A stretch of DNA of 64,000 bases from the NCBI GenBank assembly GCA_043228905.1, contig JBHGNT010000007.1, forward strand, positions 21,762,001 to 21,826,000. The letters run 5' to 3'. The notes beneath the pieces were generated by a model. That model worked only from the letters and a program-made list of their open reading frames with translations. It did not search any database and had not been told where the DNA came from. Position 1 is the stretch's first letter. Every line of letters begins with the position of its first letter. The position numbers and the translations under genes were made by a program. Origin of the DNA: Azolla caroliniana (lineage: Eukaryota; Plantae; Polypodiophyta). Shown one piece after another: positions 1-9,832 of this stretch.

Positions 1-459
1 CATTGGGCACGCGCGACTACGGAGACTCCGGTCCGAATCGGCAACATCAAAGAAACCGTGCTAGCATTGATTGATCATGGATCGGAGATCAACTTGATGT
101 CCAAGGAGTTCTACCGGAAGGGGAAGTGGCCTATTAACACCAACCATGGATGGAAGATTCGGGCGGCCACCAAAGCAACGGAAGATCTATTTGCGGCTTG
201 TCCGGATGTGACGGTCAAGATCGGGGATGTCGAGATTGACCAAAATTTCTTCGTGCAAGATGAGGTTTCACATTCCGTCATCCTCGGCCAACCCTTTATC
301 ACGGCATCACGGATGGAGACGAAGGTGCTCGATAGCGGTGCGGCTTTTGCGCGAATTCGGAGCCAAAACGGTGGGAAATCCGTCCAATTCCTAACGGTGC
401 CGGCAAATCACGAAAGGAACAAGAGGGAACTCTTGTCCCAAGTGAGAATGGATTTTTAA
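1..459 (+). CDS. C-terminal end of gag-protease ORF (retropepsin-like aspartic protease)
   Basis: Frame open from the window start; ALIDHGSEINLM and VILGQPF motifs; ends ATG GAT TTT TAA. Confidence 0.85.
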   Translation, partial: HWARATTETPVRIGNIKETVLALIDHGSEINLMSKEFYRKGKWPINTNHGWKIRAATKATEDLFAACPDVTVKIGDVEIDQNFFVQDEVSHSVILGQPFITASRMETKVLDSGAAFARIRSQNGGKSVQFLTVPANHERNKRELLSQVRMDF

Positions 460-513
460 AGCGGACTGTTGCAGAGTGGGGAAGTGATAGTCCGAGAAGC
501 CCTGATACCCCAC
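450..513 (+). promoter_or_regulatory. Candidate -1 programmed ribosomal frameshift signal (slippery heptamer GGAUUUU + H-type pseudoknot)
   Basis: G GAT TTT at 450-456 is in phase with the protease frame. Stem 1 pairs 462-472 with 484-494. Stem 2 pairs GTGGGG 476-481 with CCCCAC 508-513. Confidence 0.7.
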
Positions 514-3500
514 ACAGGAAGAAAACTCTCGGAGCAAAACATGTACGAATCGGTCCGGATGGGGCATCTACGTACACGACCGTAACCGGAGGATTGAAGA
601 AAGGATACCGACAAGTGGAGGATAAGTTGCGGTCGGCATCAATAATAAAAGAAGATAAAGAAATCGTGGGGATAGTTGAGGAAGTGTTCTATGGGAGCAC
701 GCTACAACGACTTGGAGAGCTTGCGGAAGATAAAAGCCAAGGGAACCGGGTAGTCCCGGTGGAATCGGTCGAGATGTACGAGATCATTGCGAAAATGGAG
801 CCGGATACGCTCCGTAAAGAAGAAGCAATGGTAAGTACGAAATACAAGACTGTGGAGAAGAAGGTGAAACCGGCCGTGGGACCACTACCCGCTGATAGCG
901 AACAAAAGAGGAAAGAAGTCTCGGGAGATCCGACACTTCGGAAGACCGTGGATATCGGACATGCTTTCACGGATGAGACCCGGAAGAAACTTCGGATCGG
1001 TGGAGGTGGGTTCCTATTATAGAAAGAAGAAGAACGGTTTCGCGAGATGTTGGAGCAACACGGCAAAGCGTTTGCATTTACATCAAGGGAGATAGGGTGC
1101 GTCGATCCGAGAATAGTGGAGCCGATGGTGATCTTCACGATTGACCATGTACCGTGGAACCTGAAGCCGATTCCGGTGCCACGAGCGCATATTCCGAAAG
1201 TCATTGACTTGCTCAAAGAGAAGGTGGCGATGGGGATTCTAGAGCCATCAACTGCTCCGTACTCAAATCGATGGTTTACGGTTCCGAAGAAGAATGGGTC
1301 ACTCCGATTTATCCAAGACTTGCAACCGGTGAATAAGGTCACAATCCGGAACTCGGGAGTCGGTCCGGTAGTGGACGAATTTGCGGAAGCTTTTGCCGGT
1401 CGTGCGATATACTCCATCGGAGACCTATACTCGGGGTATGACCAATTCCAACTAGCCGTGGAGAGCCGAGACATCACAACCATGCGAACACCGATAGGAT
1501 TAGTCCGAATGTGCACACTACCACAAGGAGCGACAAACTCGGTTGCTCATATGATGAACGCAATGAACAAGGTGCTTCGAGACTGCATTCCGGAGATAAC
1601 AATGCCGTTCCTCGATGACATTCCGATGAAAGGATGCGCGGTCGAAGAAAAAGATGAGACTATGGATGATCGGGGATGCCGAAAGTTCGTGGTCGACCAT
1701 ATTCATGCTTGCGAGAAAGTGTTGCGAAAGCTAGAAGATGTGCACCTAACACTTTCCGGGGAGAAATCGGCATTTGGGCAAGAAGAAATATTGGTGGTCG
1801 GACATCTATGTGGGCCCTACGGCCGAAGACCGTCACCAACAAAGATCGATGCGATTCAAGCTATGGAGGAAGTATGCGAGTCAACATCCGAAGTCCGAAG
1901 GTTTCTCGGTGCATGTGCATTCTATCACATATGGATTCCGCACTATGCACATATAGCGGACCCGCTCTACCACTTGTTGCGGAAAGGTAAGAAATTCGAA
2001 TGGAAACCGGAACACACCAAAGCCATGAAGAAATTGAAGAAGACACTTCGGAGGGCGGAAGCACTTAAGAAGCCGAGCTACGACCGACCGATCATAGTAA
2101 CGGTTGATACAAGTCCAACCGGTATCGGGTGGGTCATCAATCAAGCCGACTCGGATGGTTCGCGGTATCCGATCCGATTCGGAGCAAAGGTTCTCAACGA
2201 AAGGCAACGTGGATATGCACAAGTCAAAAGAGAACTGTGGGGAGTCGTGTCGGCGATAAAATCGGATCGGGATTATTTGATCGGAGCCGAAGTGGTGATC
2301 GAGACGGATTGTCTTCCGATATTCGGGATGATGCGGTGTTGTACGATACCAGATGTAGCTATGCTAAGGTGGGTTGCATATGTCAAGTCGCTTAATCCGG
2401 AGGTTCGACACATCTCGAGGAAGGAAAACGCGGTAGCGGATATGTTATCAAGGGCTCGGTTCGGAGATGACATAACCGAATCGGATAATGAAGAAGTTTC
2501 CGAAGACTACTTCGCGTCGGAGCACATATGCCGAGTGAACGTAATCCGAGAATTTCGGGAAGAAGAATATGAGGGAGAAAGTTTGATGATCGGGAAGATG
2601 TTACAAGAGGCCGAGGACTCGACAAACGATAAAGGAAGAAGAGCCGAGATCCGAAGGAAGAAGAGGCAAGTCCAAAAGTTCTTCTTGGAAAACGGATTAA
2701 TATGGAGGGCGCGAAAAAAACCGGATGGTATACCACTTCGAGTAGTCGGGACAAAAGAGCAACGAAACCGGATAATGTCCGAGTTTCACGAATCCGATTG
2801 GGCTGGACACCGAGGAACATGGGCAACATTTGTGAAGATCAAGCAAAAATATTGGTGGAAGAAAATGTACAAAGATATCGCGGAGTTTACGGAAAGCTGC
2901 GAGAAATGTCAAGTCTACTCCGGGGTTTGACATCGAGATGAGTTACATCCGACATTCTCACCGACAATCAACTTCAAGTGGATGGTCGACATAGTGGCCA
3001 TGCCGACCGGGATCGGACAAAAGAAATACTTGGTATTAGCTCGGGAAGATCTCACGAATCAAGTAGAAGGTCGAGCGCTTCAGAGGAAAACGTGTTCCGC
3101 GGTATGCCAATTTCTTTTGGAGGAAGTATTTTGCAGGTACGGGTGCGTAGGCCAAGTGATTGGACACCGGGGAGAACTCGACTCGGACAAAGCTAGGGGA
3201 TTCTTCGCCAAACACGGAGTTCGGTTATCGCTGACAACGGCATACAATCCGGAGGCCAACGGGAAAATCGAACGAGGACATAGTCCGATCGTAAAAGCAC
3301 TTGCGAAGGCATGCGATGGAAAGGCGAAGGACTGGCCGCAGATGCTTCCGTATGCACTATGGGCGGATCGGACGACGCATAGCTCCATAACCGGTTACAT
3401 GCCGGCATAACTCATGACCGGACAAGCACCGGTAATGCCGACGGAAACCGCGATCGCAACATGGACAGTGCTACCGTGGAAGGAAGAGATGAGCCGGGAA

Positions 3501-4091
3501 GAACTACTAGCGGTCCGGATACGACAACTAGAGGGAAGACCGGCAGACATAGCGGAAGCAATACGCCGACAACAAGAAGCACGATTAAGGAACAAAAGCC
3601 GGTTCGACACAAAGCACCGACTACGACCGAGGAGGATTGAAGAAGGAGACTGGGTGATCGTCTATGACAGTAGTTTGGACCATCAACATACAACGATGCG
3701 GAAATTCGCGAAAAGGTGGTTCGGGCCATACGAGGTTCGGAAAGTCTTCGACAACGGAACGTACCGACTGTCCGAGTTGGATGGAACAATACTACGAGTG
3801 CCTATAGCCGGGAAGCGGGTGAAGATTTTCAAGAAGCGGACCGACGACAAACCCTATGTGATCCAAGCCAAGGCCGACTACGAGGAGCAATCAGACGAAG
3901 ACCACGGGGATGCGGGAAGCGAAGAACGTGAATTACAACTCATAGTCGACATAAGGGGAGAATCGGAGGAAGCTTTGGGTGAAGACGGATATGGGGAATC
4001 GAGAACTTTGGCACATACCGGAGGATGTGCGGGTTCGGAGGGGGCGAGTGTCGTAGTGTATTCCGCACACTACGTGAAAACCATAAAATAA
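450..4091 (+). pseudogene. pol (RT-RNaseH-integrase) in the -1 frame relative to protease; three premature stops
   Basis: ORFs at 594, 1047, 2982 and 3414 share one frame. That frame is already open from 450 (GGA TTT TTA AAG CGG...). Confidence 0.9.
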
Positions 4092-4723
4092 TATATCCGA
4101 ATTTAGATACATATAAATAAATAAATAATATATCAAAATAATTTATCACGTGCATAGGGCAAGATTCAAACTACGCACCTCCACGTAGATAAACCCCAAC
4201 TTTACCATTGTAATAACTTATCTTTAGTGTTATAAATATAGATTTAATACGTATAAGACCTTTATTTTCACATACCTTTATTAAAAGGTAAAAATCATGT
4301 ATTCTTTAGAGTGTGAATATTTTATTTACACGTGACATTAAAAGTGACTCATGCACATCTAGCGTGCACGAGCCCTATATTTAGAAAATGACAAAGCATC
4401 ACATGCACATTTAGTGTGCATGGACACTTTAGGTGAAAAAGCATGAAGCCATGCTTAGCCTCTTCCATCTTTATATAAGGAAGAGAAAAATATGTATATG
4501 GTTGTTGATTAATATACAAGTTTTTGATCAATCTAATATATTCGTGGGATTCACGAATTTTGCCATCTAATTGCTCTTATAATCTAAATATTGTTTTAAT
4601 TATACTAAACTCGCAGGATTCACGAGATTCTTATCTTATAACTCTTTATACCTATTCTTTACTAGCCTTATTTGTATTTTTCTTTCTCCTAGTCCAAAAC
4701 CTCGGCGGTTCCCACCCGACTCA
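4049..4723 (+). repeat. 3' LTR of the gypsy element
   Basis: Begins TGTCG just after the PPT, is AT-rich with a TATA-like TTTATATAAG, and ends near CGACTCA where copia coding sequence resumes. The right boundary is approximate. Confidence 0.65.
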
Positions 4724-7022
4724 CGCAACGATCTGAAGCCGAAGGGCTCGACAACGCGTGGTTCGTAAACTCCGGCGCCTCGCACCACATGACGTCGCAC
4801 CAAGAGTGGTTTCGCGACTTGCGAACGCCGGATCAACCCGGCTACATAGAGATCGCAGACGACACTCCGCATCCCATTTGGCACATCGACGATGTCCCAT
4901 TCGGGAAAGAAGGCGAGCAAACCTGCATCAAGAATGTCTTGCACGTGCCCACAATAACAAAGAATTTGGTCTCGGTCGGCCAAATCGAGGAGCAAGGCAT
5001 GCAAGTCCGCTTCAACAATGAAGGTTGCTTCATCGAGAAAGACGGCCGACTCATAGCCAAGGGACGGAGAGACAGTCGCTTGTTCATCCTCGACTCGAAC
5101 GAGGTAAAATCGGCCATGTACGCCAAAGGTCTCAAAATCGAGACAAACATCGAGTTGTGGCACAAGCGAATCGGCCACGTAAACCTCCAACGGCTTCGCG
5201 GAATGCAATCAAAGGGAGTCGTAATCGGACTTCCAGCCTTCGAATCGAAACGAGTTGACCGAGTGTGCGAAGCATGCCAACTCGGCAAACAACATTGACT
5301 CCCATTCCCGAAGGAGAGCTTCGCAAGCAAAGGCCTCCTTGACATAATCCACTCGGACGTATGGGGACCGGCCCAAACGCCGACGCTCGGCAAATGCCGC
5401 TACTACGTCACCTTCATCGACGACCACTCGCGCTACGCGTGGATATACCCGATGAAGAAGAAGAGCGAAGTGCTCTCCCACTTTCAAAGGCTCAAAAGCC
5501 AAGTGGAGAAAGAAACCAGTCGGCACATTCGATGCCTACGATCGGACGGAGGAAAGGAGTACTTCTTCGACGAGTTCACCTCCTACCTCCAAGGTGAAGG
5601 CATTCGTAGAGAATTCTCATGCCCACACACTCCCCAACAAAACGGAGTAGCCGAGAGAAAGAATCGGCAAATTCTCGAGGTAGCACGCGCCATGATGCAT
5701 GAGAAGCACATGCCGAATTTCTATTGGGCTGAAGCGGCATCCACGGTCGTCTATCTCATGAACCGGTGCACCACCAATGGAGTCCACGAGCTTACTCCAT
5801 ACGAGATCTTCGTTGGAAGGAAGCCCATCCTCTCGCACCTCAAGGTGTTCGGAAGCATTGCGAATGTACGCATCCCGAACGAAAGTCGAGAGAAACCCGA
5901 CACAAAGTCGGAAGAATGTATCCTCATAGGATACTTGTCTGCGAAAAAGGCGTACAAGTGCTTCAACCCTTCGACCCGAGTGGTGCGGATAAGTCGCGAC
6001 GTCGTTTTCGACGAATCGGCATCTTGGTATAAGCCCGATGCGACTCCATCTGACCCGATCGAGGAAGAGTTGAATGCCAACTCGAACGATGAAACTCGGC
6101 CAAGTCCTCCACCGAAGGACAATCCAAGCTCTACCGAGCTAATTGGCCCACAAGAGCCTCCACGTGATGAAAACACGTTGCGGCCAAGTCCGACATTCGA
6201 CAAAGGCAAAGGTAAGATGCCCGAATACGAAGTCGAGGTCCACCCCGACGACCGGGATTCGGATGATTCGGCTTGCTCACTAGACAGTGAGTTCGGTGTA
6301 CCCATCATGAGGACACCCGGAGTAAAGAAGGCGCTCACATTGACAAACGAGAAACTCCGCCGCTCATCACGAGCGAAGACCCAAGTCACTCGTTACGCCT
6401 ACAACGAGTATATGGCCCATCACTATGCCCTCACGATGAAGGTAGTGGCCGAACAAGAGCCCGAGGATCCAAGCCTTCGTCACAGGCTTAAGGGGAGAAC
6501 AAAGCCGCGGAGAACCGCGCAACGAAGCCGCAAATACGCGAAGAAAGCCGCGCAACTAAGCCGTGGAGAGCCGCGCAACGAAGCCGCGAGACGCGAAGAA
6601 AGCACGCAACACCGCGAAGAAAGCTGCAAGCCGCACCGATGCCGACGAAGCCGAAGGAAGCTAAACCGGACGTTGGACACCTCACACTTGAGCTTGAGGG
6701 GGTGTGTTGAGATATCAAGCTCAACTAGTTTAATCTAGTTAGTCAACACATGTAACTTAGTAGTTACCTAGATCGAATCTAGTTAATGTGTTGACCTTAA
6801 GCCTTTAAATAGGACCTTGTACTTAAGTGGGATATTCTAGATCCTCCACTCCTTAGTACATTTAATGTAGGACTTACACATAAGTACCTATGTTCTACCC
6901 ACATATGTGCACCTTTGCACATGGGTTGTATATATACCTCATTGTGGGTATTTTTGTATGTTGATGACACTTTTCAATATAGTCAATCATCCCCCATTTA
7001 TCTTCGTGTTCATAAGTGTAAC

Positions 7023-7062
<40 letters not shown>

Positions 7063-7118
7063 TCTCACACACTCTCACGTGCATATCATACTAATCTTCC
7101 GCTGCTTAACGTAACCAT
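4724..7118 (+). mobile_element. Ty1/copia derivative: protease, GAG-pre-integrase, integrase; RT/RNaseH absent; PPT and 3' LTR
   Basis: WFVNSGASHHMT, LWHKRIGH..CEAC, IHSDVWGP, LRSDGGKEY, TPQQNGVAERKNR, ISRDVVFDE. Premature stop at 5296-5298. PPT GAGGGGGTG then TGTTGA at 6705. The LTR end is uncertain. Confidence 0.85.
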
Positions 7119-7302
7119 ATAATTAGTCTCTAATTAACCCTAGTTAATTACCTAATTACTTAATAGGTTTCCATTGGGTAACCTTAGCAACTGAGCTACA
7201 TCCATCTCCGCTTTTGATACTATGTTACAATGGGCATATACTCGTTGATAAAGGCCCTCACCTCAATTCGTCATAAAACACCTTAGCTTGGATGTGTTAT
7301 AA

Positions 7303-7376
7303 GGTGGGGGTAGCTCAGTTTGTAAGGTTGCCCAATGGAGACCAGGGAGGTCATGGGTTCAACCTTACATTCCACA
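7303..7376 (+). repeat. tRNA-derived (SINE-head-like) sequence
   Basis: A-box TAGCTCAGTTTG and B-box GGTTCAACC. Inverted partial copy at 7166-7204 and a related copy at ~37088-37130. Not a clean cloverleaf. Confidence 0.55.
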
Positions 7377-7380
7377 ATGA

Positions 7381-7518
7381 CATCTAGGAAATTAAGAGAT
7401 ATTTGAATTATAGAGAAGGTTCCATTTTACCATCTAGTAAATTAAGAGATATTTGAATTATAGAGAAGGTTCCATTTTACCATCTAGTAAATTAAGAGAT
7501 ATTTGAATTATAGAGAAG
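7381..7518. repeat. 50-bp tandem repeat, ~2.8 copies
   Basis: CATCTAG(G/T)AAATTAAGAGATATTTGAATTATAGAGAAGGTTCCATTTTAC at 7381, 7431 and 7481. Confidence 0.95.
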
Positions 7519-7604
7519 TGTGAGAGATAAGCTAATTAAAAGAGAGGGAGAGAGAAGCTAATAGTGTAGCAACTTACCACTAAGGTAAGCAAATTAAGAG
7601 AGAG

Positions 7605-7605
<1 letters not shown>

Positions 7606-7633
<28 letters not shown>
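7606..7633 (+). repeat. G28 homopolymer following a GA tract
   Basis: Seen directly. Confidence 0.95.
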
Positions 7634-7637
<4 letters not shown>

Positions 7638-9139
7638 CATGAGTCTTTTACCTCCGGGGTAGGTAACCGAATAGACTCATGACTTTGCTTGGGTTTGTAC
7701 ACAAGCATGGAAGGCCAAGATACACATGTAGAAACCAAAGATACATCTTATTGATCAAATGAATTCACAAAGGTGCCCTTTGCATCTCAAGTTAATGACA
7801 TGGAAGCATAGAGTTGCATGTGCAATTCACGAAGAAATTTAAGAAGCTTTTATTTTGTATCACCTCATCATCACGGGGTATGTACTCAAAAGGTGTAGGC
7901 CACAAGATCAAAGACAAGGTGCATACTTTCGGTCCATCCTCCAAGTCAAGATGGAAGGGTTTACCATACACACGTTGCAACTCAACGGTTTTGTTAATGA
8001 CACCTTTCCAAAAAAACCACTCTTCTCCCTAGACCCATGTTGGGAATTGGAGGCTCTTGTTGTGACACCTCCAACACTTTGGGGACACGAGATTCCTATT
8101 GTTGTCACCAATTACCCTGACTCTTGAAGAGGTACATTGGGAGAGAATAAAAGGAAATCGAGAGATGCATATGGAATGTGGACCTTGGTGGCATTCATGT
8201 CATCCAAAACCAATGCACGATAAGATTGTGATGTGTGTGACAGTGTGCAAGTAAACTCACTTTAACCCATCAACCAGAAACTTTCAAGGCATTATCAAGA
8301 GAGTAACATTTTGATGTGAGACATGGAAGCAACAAAAAGTGGGCACAATCCATTGTCTACTTGCTATTGGTGGTAATAGTAGTTTGGCTTGATCACTAGT
8401 GAGAAGAATTGCCAACACAAAAGACGTACATATTTAGTATCTAGGGAGGCTAATACCTAAATGTGTTTGTGAGACCTCTTCAACAACCTAAAGAGATGAT
8501 GTTTGGGTCTGTTAATTACAAATTAATAACGAGTTATGTAAGCACTTAATATACGATAAAAACACAAGTAATATATATATATATATATATCCACAAGCAT
8601 GTGTTTCGTTCCTTAATGTGAGTTCCTCCAAAAAGGATAAACTTTCCATCATGAAGTTATCATCGTCCATCGACATCGACCATCAAAAGGATTTTTTCTT
8701 TTTCCTGAAAATATCATTTCATTAGTTATAAACAATTGTTACAAGAATGTTGACCTACTGTCAAGCTTCCCATGGTATGTAGAACTCTTCCTTGGGTGGT
8801 CCCCATCCCTAAAGGATAGATAGTATCAACATTCCACCACTCAATAACATAGTTATGTAATTGGTGGTGCTAAGCACCACATGGGTCTTGCATATTGTAG
8901 TGTGAGAAAAGGGCCCTTCTTCCAATGGGCGATAAATTCGAGGCGTTGCAACACTGCAACATTTGTCTCACCTTTAATTTCATCATACCGCCCTTTAAAG
9001 GTATGCACCATCTGCATCTAGATGTTCCGTACACTTTCCATTGGATTAACAGTAGTATTATCAAACACCTTAGAACATCTATCAATCCAAATAAACCACT
9101 CAAAAGGATCATTTTTATTATTTTATCATCATGAAGTTA

Positions 9140-9605
9140 CCATTGTCCATCAACATCAACTATCTTCCATCTTCCATCCTCCATCCTCCAATCATCCATC
9201 AACCATCATCCATCGTCCATGATCCATCCACCAATCACCCATCATCCATCATCAATCAACCAATCATCCATCATCCATCAACCAATCATCCATCATCCAT
9301 CATCCAATAATCCAATAATCCATCATCCATCATCCATCATCCATCATCCATCATCCATCATCCATCATCCAATCATCCATCAACCTATCATCCAATCATC
9401 CAATCATCCATCAACCAATCAACCAATCATCCATGATCCAATGATCCAATGATCCATGATCCATGATCCATGATCCATCAACCAATCATCCATCAATATC
9501 ATCAATCAACCAATCATCCATGATCCAATGATCCAATGATCCATGATCCATGATCCATCAACCAATCATCCATCAATATCATCAATCATCAATCATCAAT
9601 CATCT
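9140..9605. repeat. Low-complexity (ATCC/ATCATCC/AATC)n array
   Basis: Seen directly; it explains the spurious H/P/S/I-rich ORFs here. Confidence 0.95.
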
Positions 9606-9781
9606 CCATATCGAATGCGCGGATGGACGGATCGACATGCGAAGCCCAACGAAGTTCTCGCATGTGCATCACACACGGTTAAGTCTATCGTGGCCCGCGA
9701 AGGAATGAATGCGTGTGACAGGGCTCTATCTCTAAGAGAATGCTATGCTGTTTTGAATTTGTATCTGTCTGTATTTCTGCT

Positions 9782-9800
9782 AAAACCCTAAAACCCTAAC
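9782..9800 (+). promoter_or_regulatory. Telo-box-like AAACCCTA motifs upstream of the ABIL start codon
   Basis: AAAACCCTAAAACCCTAA lies about 35-50 bp upstream of ATG 9833. Confidence 0.45.
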
Positions 9801-9832
9801 CCCCCCCCCCCCCCCCCCTTTCAGAAGCTTCC

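Larger units (their letters stand above)
1..4723 (+). mobile_element. Ty3/gypsy LTR retrotransposon (5' part outside window): protease, RT-RNaseH, integrase, PPT, 3' LTR; inactivated by in-frame stops
   Basis: Domain order PR-RT-RH-INT. Protease LIDHGSEIN (58-459); RT LPQG..FLDD; RNaseH DTS..E..D..D; integrase H-H-C-C, NGKIERGH, WFGPY. In-frame stops at 1020-1022, 2928-2930 and 3408-3410. PPT GGAGGGGGCGAG precedes TG at 4049. Confidence 0.95.

Noticed and set aside
1020-1022. Stop-codon readthrough signal before RT
   Set aside because: Lacks a CARYYA-type context, and the same frame has two more scattered stops, so decay is more likely.
689-1516. 275-aa antisense ORF, and similar antisense ORFs over the other retroelements
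   Set aside because: Shadow ORFs of GC-balanced pol/ORF2 sequence with no recognisable domain.
7303-7376. Functional tRNA gene
   Set aside because: A and B boxes are present, but the anticodon and T stems pair poorly; treated as a tRNA-derived repeat.
7700-9130. Possible decayed transposase (MULE/SWIM-like) on the minus strand
   Set aside because: Only vague Cys/Trp-containing fragments with many stops; no motif I can identify confidently.
9219-9791. His/Pro/Ile-rich ORFs
   Set aside because: They are translations of the (ATCC)n low-complexity array.
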